Assembly: GCA_964016885.1 (NCBI GenBank)
Contig: OZ024740.1
Span: 93,744,001 to 93,808,000 of the forward strand
Source: Eledone cirrhosa
Taxonomy: Eukaryota
Direction of reading: 5' to 3'
Length of the DNA stretch: 64,000 bases
Shown here: in pieces, positions 42,725 through 57,251 of the stretch
How positions within the stretch are numbered: the stretch's first letter is position 1
Layout of the letters: each line of letters opens with the position of its first letter
Program-made: the position numbers and the translations under genes
The notes under the pieces: generated by a model
Database searches by the model: none
What the model saw: only the letters and a program-made list of their open reading frames with translations
Told to the model about the DNA's origin: nothing

Positions 42725-45700
42725 TGAATGCTATGGTTGACGGAGGCTCGGCTCTGTAAGGTATTGTACATTTTGAACGCTATAACAATTGTACATTGTT
42801 TAAAACTTTAACGAACTTGTAGACAAAAACACCCTCCTCCTCGTGAGAGGGTTCTTTCTGCCCGTTATTTGGCCCTTCGGGATTAAATAACTGCTTATTG
42901 GGTTTTGTGCCCAATATTTATTTTAAACAAAAAAAAAAACAACATGGCTACGAAAAAGAATTTTAATAGGTCACTCCCACTCATTCCGTCTTCTTCTTCC
43001 TCAATCATCACTACAGCAGAGAGAAGATTGTCTCTCTCCCTCCCTTCTCTTTCGCAAGCGACGACAGAAAAGAAAAGTCTCGTGCAAAGCGTGCAAGATT
43101 TCTCCACGACGACGACAACGACGAAACAGGTGTGCGGGAAATACGAAAACCCATTTCATTCGTCTGACGTCAGGAATAATAGCAATAGCAGCCGTAATAA
43201 CAACAGCAACAGTGACAATGAAAACAACAGTAGCAGCCGCAACAGCATCACCAGCAGCATAAACAACAACAGCATTAGCAGCTGCAACACCAACAACAAC
43301 CAGAGCAACAGCGGCGGAGACAGTAGTCGTAGTACCTGCAGCAACAACAAAAGTAACAGCAGCTCTGACGACAACAACAACAACAGCAGCAAAGAAAAAA
43401 CAATCTCGTTTGTAGGTATCGCGAAGAACCTGGAAACAATCCTCATAACAAATGAGGAATTACAGGAAGCGAAGAAGATGGTGACAAAGACTGGACACCG
43501 AGCAATCTGCAAGGCAGCGGAAATATTTTTCGAAACCCAACAGCACTGTACGATCACGTACCGTACAGTAAGTACAAAATCCCGTAGGGTTGAAAGAGCC
43601 ACAGAGGCTCAAATACAAAAAGCCTTGGGGTCTGTGTGGCAGCGGAAAACGCACATCACCCGAGGCAAAAAATATGCAACCGTAGACGTACTTTTTGCCA
43701 CACCCCAGAAGGCAAAGGCTCAATCCGTAGTGACCCTAAGGAGCGAGGAAATGGTGTTGGTGCCCTTCTACTGCGGGCAAAATATTTTGAGGGTCAAACT
43801 GACCCACGTCCCCCCCACCCCCCCCCAGGATGGCCCTTGACCAATTCTTCAATGCAAAGCACGAAGGCTGCGTTGTCAGAGCAAGTGTGCGTGGTCTCAG
43901 TCACGAGGAGACGAAAACCGTTCAATAGGCCCGAGTGGCGGAGGCGCGTCGTGGCAACAAAGCCACGATCCGGTCTTTGGTGGACCACGACGGGCGCATG
44001 CTACTCGATCCCGGGCAAATGTGTGAAGCTTTTCAGCGACACTTCGCTCAGCTGTTCGGGGGCAGCGGTGGGCCGGGTCGAGGGATGGACTTTAGTGTCT
44101 ACCTCGACGGACTGCCGCGGCTCTCGGCCACTTAAGCAAAGTGTTGCGAAAAGCCGATAGCAGCCGCTGAAGTACGGGAGGCAATGACTAGCTGCACATG
44201 GGGTACATCGCCTGGTTTGGATGGTCTGCCCTATGAACTTTACGTACAGATGTCAGACTTGTTCGGAGGCCTCTTGGCGGACGTCTACTGCAACTGGCAA
44301 CAGAACGGGAGAATTCCCAGTTCTGTGAGCCGAGGAGCGGTGGCACTGCTGAGAAAGGATCCGAACAAGGGGGATAATATAGAAAATTTCCGGCCCATAA
44401 CTCTGATAAACTCAGAGTTCAAGATTTTGGCCAAGGTGCTAGCAAAGAGGTTGGCGCTTGTCGTTGGTGGTCTGGTGGGAGAGGCGCAGACATGCGCCAT
44501 TCCCGAGAGATCCATCCACGACAACCTCCACCTCATGCGATACATCGTAGAGAGGGTAGCTAGGGAACCTGGCACGGGAGGGTCCTTGATCAATTTAGAT
44601 CAGTCGAAAGCTTTCGATAGGGTCGACCATCGTTACCTAACGGCAGTCCTGAGGGCGGCTGGTTTGGGCCCGTCTTCAGAGGCTGGATCGCGGCCATGCA
44701 CAGCGACATCTGCTCTGTGGTGAGAGTGAACGGTCACCTATCGGAACCGTTTAAAATCATGCGCTCGGTCCGCTAAGGATGTCCCCTCTCGTCCCTGTTG
44801 TACGTATTGACTCTCGAGCCATTACTGCACAAAGATATGTTGAGGGGCGTCCTGCGCGAACTAGGATGCGGAAGATCCGTGTCAGCATATGCGGACGATG
44901 TCCCCGTAGTGGTGTCGAACGCCAAACACATCGAGGCGATCGGCACTACACTAAGAGAATACGAAGCGGTGACAGGAGCAATGATCAACCTGGAAAAGTC
45001 AGTGGGCCTGCAGCTCGGCACCTGGAGAGGCAGGTCCATGCCGTTCAACAGCGTCGTCGGACGTTGGACGGACGGACCGGTTAAATTGCTAGGGGTCTGG
45101 TTCGGTCCAGACCTCCAGACGGACAAAAACTGGGACGAGGTGACGAGCAGGGTGGCTTCTCTCACCCAGAAATGGGCGGAGAGGAAGCTATCCCTGAAAG
45201 GTCGAGTGGAGGTGGCTAACGCGTACATCTCGTCTGTCATCTGCTACCGCCTCACCATCGTACCTTGTCCTACTGCGCTGGAGCGTTTGCTCTTTCGCTT
45301 TTTGTGTAAGGGACGCGCTCCGATGGTCAGGCGGTCCATCTGTTGTCAACATCCGCTACGTGGAGGGCTGGGCATGCCGTGGCTGATGATGCGCAGGCAC
45401 GCGCTCAGGCTACGACATCTCCACCTCTGCCTCGACGGTGATCAGGTGTGGTCGCCGTTTGCTAGACACGTATTTCCCCAGCTCGTTTCCTTGACGGAGC
45501 TGCAGTCCTGGGTCAAGCGAAGACCGAGAGGGAGCGCCTGGAGACTGGAATGTCTTCAGGCGCTCACAGCCCTCGACCAATCGGGCAATATAATCGGTGG
45601 AAACTCCACCTCGGCGTTCTATAGAGGATTAGCGGAGGGGAAGAGCGAACGTACTTGGGGAAACTCTAAGCGTCGACGAAAATCAACTAGCCAATCTCTT

Positions 45701-46490
45701 CGGAAGAACTTTCGGGACAGGGCCTATGGACGACTTCCGGAAATCTCTGGCCTGGCAGTGCTACCGAGGAGCTTTGCCAGTTCGGGATAAACTCTACAGG
45801 TATGGAAGTGCCGTCAGCCGGGCATGTCCGAAATGCGTGCAGGGCGACGAAACCGTCCTGCGCGCACTCGTCCAGTGTCCGAAAATTGCTGACTTGTGGT
45901 TTTATGTCGAACACCTGCTGTCGCGTTTAGGACGGATCCGGCTATCATCTGAGTTCATCGTGAGGATTGCCCCGCCCTCCTCCTTTAGCCGGGAAGGGCA
46001 GGCAGTTTTTATCTGTCTGGTGGCCATGGCGAAATAGACAGTATGGTGGACACGTTTGAAAGGGCTGAAGACGAGCACTTACCTCTTCGGTGATGCTCTG
46101 ATTGACTTTTTCAAATTTCATTTGAAAAGGAAAATCAGAGTAGAGAGGGAAGTGCTCTCTTCCCAGCATTTTGTTGAAAGATGGGTGAGAGAAGCAAGAA
46201 TGGCCCGAGTGAATGGGCCTACTCTGAGTATATATCTGTAAATTAAAGGTGGAAAACTGGGAGAGGGCACTTGACTTGGTGGTCAGGGTCATTGTGGCCT
46301 TTTACTGGGCTTTCTCCACAAATGTCCCTCCGAAATCTCCCCCCTATTGGGGAATTTTTCATTGTTATTTTTTGTTACATCCTCTGTTTTTGTTTTTTAC
46401 ACGCAGAAATGCCCATTTGTATCGTCCTGTATTGTCCTGCACTGTCCTTAATGTCTACTTAATGTAAACCCTTGTGGTTAATAAAGAAAT
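42725..46490 (+). mobile_element. Tx1/L1 LINE, family B copy 1, with ~2.2-kb internal deletion
   Basis: The ORF1 5' part joins ORF2 at ~43835 (APE missing). RT motifs DQSKAFDRVDH and AYADD. 3' AATAAA and (AAT)n tail. Confidence 0.92.
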
Positions 46491-46503
46491 AATAATAATA
46501 ATA

Positions 46504-46544
<41 letters not shown>

Positions 46545-46545
<1 letters not shown>

Positions 46546-49500
46546 GAATGCCATGATTGGCAGAGGCTCGGCTCTGTAAGTTATTGTAAATTTTCACTGC
46601 TATAACAATTGTAAATTGTTTAAAATTTTAACCAAATTGTAGAAAAAACACCCTCCTCCTCGTGGTGTCTTTCTGCCCGTTATTTGGGCCTTCGGGGTTA
46701 AATAACCGTTTATTGTGGTTTTGTACATGGCTACGAAAAAGAATGTTCAAGAATGTTCACAAGTTACTCCCACTCATTCCGTCTTCTTCTTCCTCAATCG
46801 TCACTACAGCAGAGAGAAGATTGTCTCTCTCCCCCCTTCTCTAAATGTGTCTCTCTCCCTCCCTTCTCTTTCGCAAGCGACGCCAGTAAAGAAAAATCAC
46901 GTGCAAAGCATGGAATATTTCTCCACGACAACGACAGCGACAAAAAAGTTGTGCGGTAAATACGAAAACCCATTTCATTCGTCTGACGTCATGAATAATA
47001 TCAGTAGGAGCCGTAAGGACAGCAGTAGCAGCAACAGTGACAAGGAAAACAACACTAGCATCCGAAACAGCATCAGCAGCTGCATAAACAACAACAGCAT
47101 TAGCAGCAACAGCAACAACAACAGCAGCAGCAGCAACAACAGCCACTGCAACAGCGGCGGCGGCAGTAGTCGTAGTACCTGCAGCAACAAAAAAAGTAAT
47201 AGCAGCTGTGACGACAACAACAACAACAACAGCAGCAAAGAAAAACCAATCTCGTTTGCAGGTATCGCAAATAAGCTGTAAACCATCCTCATAACAAATG
47301 AGGAATTACAGGAAGCGAAGAAGATGGTGCCGAAAACCGGACACCGGACAATCTGAAAGGCAGCCGAACATTTTTTCGAAACCCAACAGCACTGTACGGC
47401 CACGTACCCTACAGTAAGCACACAATCACGTAGGGTTGAAAGAGCCACAGAGGCTCAAATACAAAAAGCCTTGGGGTCTGTGTGGCAGCGGAAAACGCAT
47501 ATCACCCGAGGCAAGAAATATGCCACCGTAGACGTGCTTTTTGCCACACCCCAGGAGGCAAATCTCAATCCTTAGTGACCCTAAGGAGCGAGGAAATGGT
47601 GTTGGTGCCCTCCTACTGCGGGCAAAAAACTGTGAGGGTCAAACTGACCCCCCGCCCCCCGGGATGGCCCCTTCTTGACTGGCCGCCTCTGTCCTCGTCG
47701 GAATCGAGGACAAAACAACTGTACTGCAAGTACAGAAAATAGTAAGAGAAGATTTTCGGCACCTCCATTAAGATGTTAATCCAAACCAACCAGGAGTGCA
47801 TCGAAGCCATCCCGGATGTGATAGACTTCGATAACGGCACTCAACTGCCCATAAGTGTTGAGGGCAAACGCCCGAAATGCTTTCGCTGTGGATCGAAGAC
47901 TCACCTCAGAGCCTTCTGCAATGAGAAGACCCTGAGAAACGAGAAAACCTCCCTCCTTCCGAAACCGGCTCCACTGCTACCAGCAACAGGACAAGCGGCA
48001 AACAGGAACGATAGGTCCGTGACACCCATACCCACGCCACGGAAATCAAGAACAGCAGCAGCAGTGGATGTATTAACAACAACAACAGTAATACCAACTG
48101 CAGCTCCAACAGATACTCCACTGCAAACACCACCAACAACAACAAGTGAAAGAGTGATGCTGGTACCCCTCCCCGACCTCACGGAATCAGACATGGAGTG
48201 TGAGGTGGGAGAGGGATGGCAAAAGGTCGCAAGAGGCACAAACGCAGAAGCAGCGCATCGTCGCCTTCGAAAAGGGAGGAAAGAAATGAAAAAAGGGTAA
48301 AGGCTACTGCAAAGTGATTCACAGCAGCAACACCACCAACACAATCACCACCCACACTAGCACCACCATCACCACCGGTGACAACCCCACCGCCAACAAC
48401 AACAACACCTTCAACACCACCACCACAAGCACCAACTTCGCAAACACAACAACAAAACACACACACCCAGCAACAACGACAAGAAAATAGCAGAACTACA
48501 CCCGACCCCCAGAAAAACAAATGCACGGCAATAAATACACACAAGAAACTAATGACTTACATAATTGAACACACATATATTTCACAGCACGACTACATAA
48601 TACCAGCACCAATCAAAACACCAACGAACATAAGACTGGTAAGAATTACACAGGAACAATACACAAACTTTAAAACGAAATTCCCCAACGCATTTGGTGA
48701 TTTCAGAGACCTAGGAGGGACTCTCAACCGGAGAGTATATTCGGATATACTGATAGAAGAGCTGACGACCAACCGAAGGGACGATTCAACGGTCCCCTCA
48801 CCAGACGATCAAGTGAAAAGGGATGGAGAAACCTTCCTTTTTCTACGAAAAGTGCGGTAAGTAGTATTTCCCATCTTTTCCACTCCATTTTAAACATGAC
48901 CTCACTCAGAATAGGCAGCATAAATGCGCGCGGCTTTGGGTCGTCATGGAATCAGGGCCACCTGCTCAACGACCTCAGGTCACTAAACATAGATGTAGTA
49001 GCCATCAGCGAGACAAGAATCTCCGAAGCACGGGCCATCGCACCGATCCTCCGCGGCTACATTGTGTACGTATCTCCGAGCCGTCCTGGATCGGGCGAGG
49101 GGTGCTGTGCTTTTTCGGAGAGGTTTGGACCTCGTCATACGAGCCATCTTCCTGGACCCAGAGGGTAAGTTGGTGGTGCTGGACGTGACCAGCGGAGACG
49201 GGCAAGCTTTCAGGCTAGTGGCCGTCTATGCCCCGACAGGAGCACGGCGGCCTGATTTCTTCCGGCGTCTGGACACCTTTCTTGGAACGTCCCGCTCTTT
49301 AGTGTTAGTGGGCGACTGGAACCGGATCTTAGATGCATGCTGGGACTGTGTGGGATTATCGGATAGGGGAGGAGGGTGCAAGAGCTTCACCAACCTGCTC
49401 AGGCGTTTGGAACTGTCTGACAGGTAGCGATTGGATTTTCCGGATGTGCCAATGTGGACTTGGACAAATTTGTATAGGGTCATCCGGATCATATCTAGAT

Positions 49501-51680
49501 AGAGTATTTTGCAGGGAAATAGATAGGTCTAGCATACACGGTCAACTACACGGACCAAAAATTCGTGATCTGTGTGCTTAACTTATATAGGCTTCATAGA
49601 CGAGGACCCGGCTACTGGAAGATAAACGCGTCCTTACGAGCGCGCAAGGCCTACAGAGACCTGATTAGCGAACTAGTTAAGCGGTCGTTGACGGGGGCCA
49701 TCGTCAAAAACAAGCGGTGGTTTGCTCTGAAAAAAGCGATTAGAATAGAATCCAATACGTTTAGTAAGGCTTTAGCAATAGAGAAAAATAGAGCAGAGGG
49801 AGAACAAGTTAGAAAAGTAGACGAGGCGCTTATCAAAGGCATCGCGACCGACGTGCTTGCGGCAAAATTGGCTCTTGACCAATTATTCAATGCAAAGCAC
49901 AAAAGGCTGCGTTGTCAGAGCTAGTGTGCATGCTTTCAGACACGTGGGGACGAAAGCCGTTCAATGGGCCCAAGTGGCGGAGGCGCGTCGTGGCAACAAA
50001 GCCACGATCAGGTCTTTGGTGGACCACGACTGGCGCATGCTACTCGATCTCGGGCAAATGTGTGAAGCTTTTCAGCGACACTTCGTTGAACTGTTCGGGG
50101 GCAGTGGTGAGCCGGGTCGAGGGATGGACTTTAGTGTCTACCTCGACGGACTGCCGCGGCTCTCGGCCACTGAGGCAGAGTGTTGCGAAAGCCTATAACA
50201 GCCGCTGAAGTACGGGAGGCAATGACTAGCTGCACATGGGGTAAATCGCCTGGTTTGGATGGTCTGCCCTATGAACTTTACGTACATATGTCAGACTTGT
50301 TCGGAGGCCTCTTGGCGGATTTCTACTGCAACTGGCAACAGAACGGGTGAATTCCCAGTTCTGTGAGCCGAGGAGCGGTGGTACTGCTGAGAAAGGATCC
50401 GAACAAGGGGGATAACATAGATAATTTCCGGCCCATAACTCTGATAAACTCAGAGTTCAAGATTTTGGCCAAGGTGGTAGCAAAGAGGTTGGAGCTTGTC
50501 ATTGGTGGTCTGGTGGGAAAGGCGCAGATATGCGCTATTCCTGACAAATCCATCCACGACAACCTCCACCTTATGCGATACATCCTAGAGAGGGTGGCTA
50601 GGGAACCTGGCACGGGTGGGTCTTTGATCGATTTAGATCAGACGAAAGCTTTCGATGGGGTTGACCATCGTTACCTTGCGGCAGTCCTGAGGGCGGCTGG
50701 CTTTGGGCCCGTCTTCAGAGGCTGGATCGCTGCCATGCCCAGCGACATCTGCTCTGTGGTGAGAGTGAACGGTCACCTTTCGGAACCGATCAACATCATG
50801 CGCTCGGTCCGCCAAGGATGTCCCCTCTCTTCCCTCTTGTATATATTGACACTCGAGCCATTACTGCACAAACTGGAGACGTTGAGGGGCATCCCGCGCG
50901 AAATAGGATGCGGAAGATCCGTTTCAGCATTTGCGGACGATGTCACCGTAGTGGTGTCGAACGCGAAACACATCAAGGCGATCGGCACTACACTAAGAGA
51001 ATACGAAGCGGTGACAGGAGCAATGATCAACCAGGAAAAGTCAGTGGGCGTGCAGCTCGGCACCTGAGAGGCAGGTCCATGCCGTCCAACAGCGTCGTCG
51101 GACGCTGAACGGACGGACCGGTTAAATTGCTATGCGTCTGGTTCGGTCCGGACCTCCAGACGGACAAAAACTGGGACGAGGTGACGAGCAGGGTGGCTTC
51201 ACTCACCCAGAAATGGGCGGAGAGAAAGCTATCCCTGAAAGGTCGATCGGAGGTGACTAACGCGTACATCGCGTCTGTCATCTGTTACCGCCTGGCCGTT
51301 GTACCTTGTCCTAAGCCCCGTCTGACTGCTCTGGAGCGTTTGCTCTTTCGCTTTTTGTGGAAGGGATGTTCTCCGATGGTCAGGCTGTCCATCTTTTGTC
51401 AACACCCGCTAAGTGGAGGGCTGGGAATGCCGTCGTTGATGATGCGCAGACACGCGCTCAGGCTACATCTCCACCTCTTCCTCGACGGTGATCAGGTGTG
51501 GTCGTCGTTTGCTAGACACGTATTTCCCCAGCTCGTTTCCTTGACGGAGCTGCAGTCCTGGGTCAAGCGAAGACCGAGAGGGAGTGCCTGGTGACTGGAA
51601 TGCCTTCAGGCGCTCACAGCCCTCGACCAATCGGGCAATGTGATCGGTGGAAACTCCACCTCGGCGTTCTATAGAGGGAT
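46545..51680 (+). mobile_element. Tx1/L1 LINE, family B copy 2, 3' end lost at PLE junction
   Basis: ORF1 with N/S-rich tract and CFRCGSKTHLRAFC knuckle. ORF2 from 48896 (SINARG, VGDWN, QGCPLSSLLY, AFADD). Decayed. Confidence 0.92.
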
Positions 51681-51872
51681 AGTCCCTTTTCAAATTATCC
51701 TAATTCCCTATAACCCATCCCTTTTACAACTCCTACAACTATTATAAAAGAGCGCCCTTAGAATATAGACCCCAGATAAACAAGCTGAGCTGTTGATGTA
51801 TACCACGATTTCAAACTGCTAATATTGAGTGAAACGTTGATGAAAATAATGAACTTACAATTACCTGTTATA

Positions 51873-51919
51873 TGCTTTGAAAAATACCACCATATGGTCG
51901 GACGAAACGGCAGTCGGCA
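51873..51919 (+). ncRNA. Hammerhead in 5' pLTR, U3-A8 core, stem II decayed
   Basis: TGCT TTGAAAA atacc..GGAC GAAA CggcaG TC GGCA. Confidence 0.55.
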
Positions 51920-52153
51920 ATAAACTTGTTATAATGTCATAAAAGTTCCTTTGTTCTTTTTGCTTAATATTTCTGCTCTGCTTATACACATAGAGCTTAA
52001 ATAGCTACCGTCGCATATTTGGTAGGTCAGGCGGGATCATCGCGATTTACGTACGACCTATCATACATCTTGCTTATTTAGCTCCCTCCTGAAGAGCTTA
52101 ATTTTCACTGAAAGACACACCACCCTGGGGTGCCTTTTCACTACACCGACAGT

Positions 52154-54734
52154 ATGCTGCAAAGGACCATCTTCCGTCATAACTTAAGAACATACCCATA
52201 CCACCAAGGGGTACTTATGAAAAGCAGCTTATAACCAGCGTTAATTCGTTTGTAAGGGGAATAAGATGGCGCACCTTCCACTTCGATAGAAGTCGTAGCG
52301 CCCCACTAGAGAGTCCATCGAACAATAAGTATGGATTTAGGACATTTAGGAGCCCCCCTCATAACCCTCTACTCGATAAAATTTGAGAGTGACCTATTGT
52401 CTCTCGTCCGGTCTATTATGTATAAAAAGAAAAACAGTAAGCGTAGCGGCTTCCAAACTAAGTTAGAATCACTAGTTAAATCTTTTAAGGACACAAATTG
52501 TATACCCGTACCCTCGGACAAGACGAAGAATATGTACAACCTGAGTTATGAAGAATACCGCGGATTCATATTCAATGAACTACATAAAAACTATAAAAAA
52601 ACACTGTATCCAACCTAAATGTGATTAACAGGGAGGCTAAAGTGATAGTAACGAAGCTAGGATTAGAGAAATGCACACAATCTCACACGCCCCGCCAACC
52701 AAGGTTCACGTTGAAAGATCATAAGGAGGACTTTGCAAGTAGCCCCTCTGTCAGGCTCATTAGCCCCTCTAAATCTGACATATGCATTATAAGTAAAACA
52801 ATACTGGATGAAGTCATACCTAAAGTTAAGGATAGGATTAGCCTGGAGCTATGGGGAAACACTGCGGAAGTGATGAAGTGGTTCTCAAGCATTAGCAACC
52901 ACAAATCACTACGCTTCATCCAGTTCGATATAGCCTCCTACTAAACGTCTATATCCCCCATAATACTGAATAAAGCGCTCATACTGGTAATGCGGACGGG
53001 CGGAATCACTAGATCCCAGATTGACATAGTTCTTGCCGCTCCTAAAACAATTATCACATTTGAGGATGAATTGTGGACGCGCACGAACACACATAATAAC
53101 TTCGACATCACTATGGGGTCTAGTGACTCGGCACAGGTGATATACCTCGTCGGATTGTACCTGCTCAAGGAGCTCAACGAGCAGTTCCCACACCTCAGAG
53201 ATGGGCTGTGCCGTGACGACGCATTGCTTACTGTGGTGTTTAAGCGACACAACCTAGAAAGGACCTATATACATTCTTCAAGAACTTTAACCTATCAATA
53301 ACTATGGATAGAAATAGTAAGGCAGTCAACTTTCTAGATGCCACAGTAAACCTAGATAAGATAGAATATACACCGTACCATAAACATAACGAGAGGCCGA
53401 CATACGTCAATGCCAACTCCAACCACCCAGGCTCAGTCAGCAAAGCAATAGTTAAGGGCGTATCTAGTAGGATTAGCGGACTATCTAGCAACGTGACCGC
53501 ATTTGAGGCAAATGCGGAGTATTAGAATAAGGCGCTAGCTAGGTCAGTGCACAAAGATATACTTCATTATATTGAAACAAACAGCACCACCCCACTACAC
53601 CAACCCAGCCCTATAATCACGCATAATATGTCCATGGGGGTTGGAGGGAGGTCTAGAAAGACGAATAGGGACAAGAAGAATTTAGCTAAGAACACCAACA
53701 CTCGCAATGCAGACTCGGATAGGGCCCGCACAGCTGGAAAGCGTTACGCCGCCCCAAGCAAGACCAACAGTGAAAACGGGGGCCAGAGGTCTAGGAGATT
53801 CCAGACCAATACACATACCACCGGGAGCCCAGGACGCACACCTGGTAGAACCCATAATAATATAGATAAAGGGAGGGTAAGCAGCATAGGGGATAAAAAA
53901 CGCAGTGGAATGAATAGAAGACGTAATATCACCTTCTTTAACCCGCCCTTCAACTCTAATATTATTACAAACCTCCCCAAATCTTTTTTTCTCTTTGATA
54001 CATAGGAACTTCACCCCAGGTAGTAGGTACGATAGTGTCATCAATAAGAATACTATGAAACTATCGTACTCGACAGCCCCTAATCTGGCCTCCCACCTAG
54101 CGAAGACCAATAAGAATAAGATTAAAGAGGGACTTAAGGCCATCCGAAATAGTGGACCATGCCAGTACACACGACAACATGGGACCGACCCACTTAGTGA
54201 AACGCCCAGGGGGATAACAGGCAATAGGCCCGGTCCCACTAGGCAGCCCGCGGCCGCTTGGAGGAACATACACCCCTGAGTGAGGAGCACGCCCCTATTA
54301 GGATGTGTAATTGCCGACGGAAGGACAAATGCCCACTAGCTGGACACTGCTTTATTAAGAACGTAGGATATGCTTGTAATGTAACAACAGACACGTATAC
54401 TAAGACGTATGTAGGGTCAACCGCTAACCAGTTCAAGTCTAGATTCAACGCCCACCAGGATAGCTTCCTAAATGAGAAGCTTAAAAATACCACGTCGTTA
54501 GCGAGACACGTACATAACTTAAAACAAGCAACAACCCCCTACACACTAAGCTGGAGATGCCTTACTAAAGCTCCTCCATATAGCTCGTTAAGCAGGTTTT
54601 GTAGCCTGTGCCTAACTGAATTTCATGCCATAGTATTCTCAGGACTTAACTTGCTCAACAGGAGGTCAGACATCTTCTCGTCTTGCCCCCATACTATACT
54701 TAGCTCTTTCTTTTTCTTCAGACCGGACACCTAA
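52154..54734 (+). pseudogene. PLE RT + C-terminal GIY-YIG ORF, disrupted
   Basis: KNIPIPP, QFDIASY, MGSSDSAQV, CRDD, FFNPPFN, CNCRRKDKCPL, TYVGST..FKSRFNAH. Colinear with 59832-62291. Confidence 0.92.
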
Positions 54735-57204
54735 CCCTGACCCCACCCTGTCTCGCAAATGGCTGCCCCGCTGGCGAATAGGTTGCGCTTGAGTAACCCC
54801 GGCCCCATTGATGCCTCGGCTCCCCACTTGCCGATGGTGACTCTGGTGGGGAACAGTCGGTCCTGTGTCCCACTTGCTAAAGTGGGATTGGTGGCAGCAT
54901 TGTTTCTGGGCGCTCTGGGGCCGCTGAAGCCTGCAGTGTGGGATATTGCGAGTGCCTGGACCCACGCCGCCTGGTCTGAGGATGTACCGTCGGGGATACA
55001 TATCAACACATTCGGGAATTTGCGCAAGAGAACAGAAGCGGAGCACCCAATGTGGCGGCCGTTTCCTGCCTGTAACCAATCACACCCCTCCCCCTAGTAA
55101 ACCCCCGCCCCAATAGCTCCCCCTACCCATTTTCTCCCATTCATTTTTTTGAGTTCGTTCTTTATTAATAAGGAATTTTTTTGTATATTACCACGGTTGA
55201 CATAATAAGTTTGGAGAGTTGACTCCCTTGATGTCTGACCACTCGATAAGTTAGGTGTTATGCCTCTTGAACTACGGTATATCTTGCTAGTCTACATGCT
55301 GTCAGCTACTACCCGCGACTGGACATGGTGGTAGCCACAGGCCTGCGCGTGCGCGGTAGCATGGAGTATGTATCTTCTGCTAGTCACCCCGTGTAATATG
55401 ATACCCCAATATTCCACGCACGGGAATCACCGAAGCATGCGCAGACTTAACCGGGAGATGACATGCGAACTTGAAAATGCCACAAGAGAGATCCTTTAGA
55501 TAGCATAGACGCCGGACCATACCCGAAAATATCTGCATATACACCGTGATCTATCTTGAATATGCATGAATGACAGGATATAGAAGCAACATGGATAATA
55601 CGACCACCATCTAAGCTAGAACCGACCCCTACTACATATGACAACAAACAAAGAGGGGAAAGTCCTTAGCATTTAACCAGTCGCATGTGTACTTGGAATT
55701 GGTGAGAGGAGGGGATAATAGCGAGAGACACAATATACCACCCCAGTCAAGTCCAAAACTGGACTTTTTTACCATTATATCCTATACACCAATATATCCT
55801 ATACAGCAAAACCTTGGATTTAGAACCGGCAGGCTGATTTATCGCAAACGCGTGCGATCCCACGCATGGCTTAATAACTGGCACGACCGAAACTATATGG
55901 AAAAGATCGAACGGAGCACACCCTGCGACCACTAGCTGTTTGATCAGCAGATCCATCTCCTAGGGAGTGCACACAGCTGATAGTGAATCCCAGTTGATTC
56001 GTGAACTTGGAAATTTTCAACAAGACGAACTGTGCCTGGAGCTATGCAGATGATTGCATGCGCACAATGGATGTCGCACCTACAAGGTCACCTGTATTGT
56101 TCATCTAGCTGTATATGTGTAAAGTACTCATGTGTGGGATATCCCTGAGTACATTTGCTTGACTGTTAATTGTTTATTAATTGTTTGTTAATTAGGCAGG
56201 AATATATTATTATACCTTTATTAATCCTATAGTAATAATTTTTGATAATACATTATTAGATTATTTAAGCTATTTAATACCTTCTTAAAAATACATTATA
56301 TAATTATTGTCTGTTTGCTTATATATTTTCTTACTTATCATTTTCTTTAATCTTTGATCCCAACTTGATAAGCTCTTTGAATCGCTCCTTAATTAGATTA
56401 CTTAAATTACTTTATTTATTATACATAATTTGTTGTATCTGTTGAAGCAACCCTTTCGGAAATCCCTCGGATCTCCCAAATTCCGTAATTTTTAATTTGT
56501 AATTTTCTTCAATTCATTTATATATATTTTTAAAGATTCTCTAAACTTTTAATTCTTTGAAGAGTCTTTCGGAAGAGGTTTTTATTGAAAATATTAAAGA
56601 GGCCTTTTTCTGAAGGATTTGTTGAAGGCTTTTTGAATTAACCTTTAATTGATTAATTTCTTTCAACTATTTCTTTCTTAATTTTTAAATTTAATGTTCA
56701 ACCTCTTAATCTTTAATTTTTAATCTTGGATATATAATATTTCTTAATCTTAAATTGATTAATTTCTTTAATTTCTGAGTTTGGAACTCTTAAACTTCAG
56801 ATCCTAACTTAAATCATAATCTTTATATTATGGATTCCCTAAATCAATAACTTTATTAACCTCTTAAATCTTTTTGAAGTAATTTTTTTCCCTAATTTTT
56901 AATTTTTTTATTTTTAAGATTTGAACTTTCGTAGGGATTATTAAATCTTCGTAAATTTTCTTAAATTTTTTTAGGAGAATTCTTTAATTTTTAACCTTCA
57001 ATCCCTAACTTCTAGGCCCTTTTCAAATTCTCCTAATTCCCTATAACCCATCCCTATTACAACTCCTACAACTATTATAAAAGAGCCCCTTAGAATATAG
57101 ACCCCAGATAAACAAGCTGAGCTGTTGGTGTATACCACGATTTCAAACTGCTAATCTTGAGTGAAACGTTGATGAAAATAATGAACTTACAATTACCTGT
57201 TATA

Positions 57205-57251
57205 TGCCTTGAAAAGTCCCCCCATATGGTCGGACGAAACGGCTGTCGGCA
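57205..57251 (+). ncRNA. Hammerhead in 3' pLTR, U3-A8 core
   Basis: TGCC TTGAAAA GTCC ccccatatggtc GGAC GAAA CggctG TC GGCA, followed by ATAAA. Confidence 0.8.

Noticed and set aside
43156-47448. Poly-Leu membrane-like ORFs on minus strand
   Set aside because: Antisense of the CAA/CAG-rich tract of Tx1 ORF1.
52085-52120. CTGAAGA...GAAA upstream of PLE ORF
   Set aside because: No stem II or stem I pairing.
52154-54734. Selenocysteine-type (Naiad-like) readthrough PLE
   Set aside because: Interruptions are TAA/TAG stops and frameshifts, and the endonuclease is C-terminal. This is ordinary decay.
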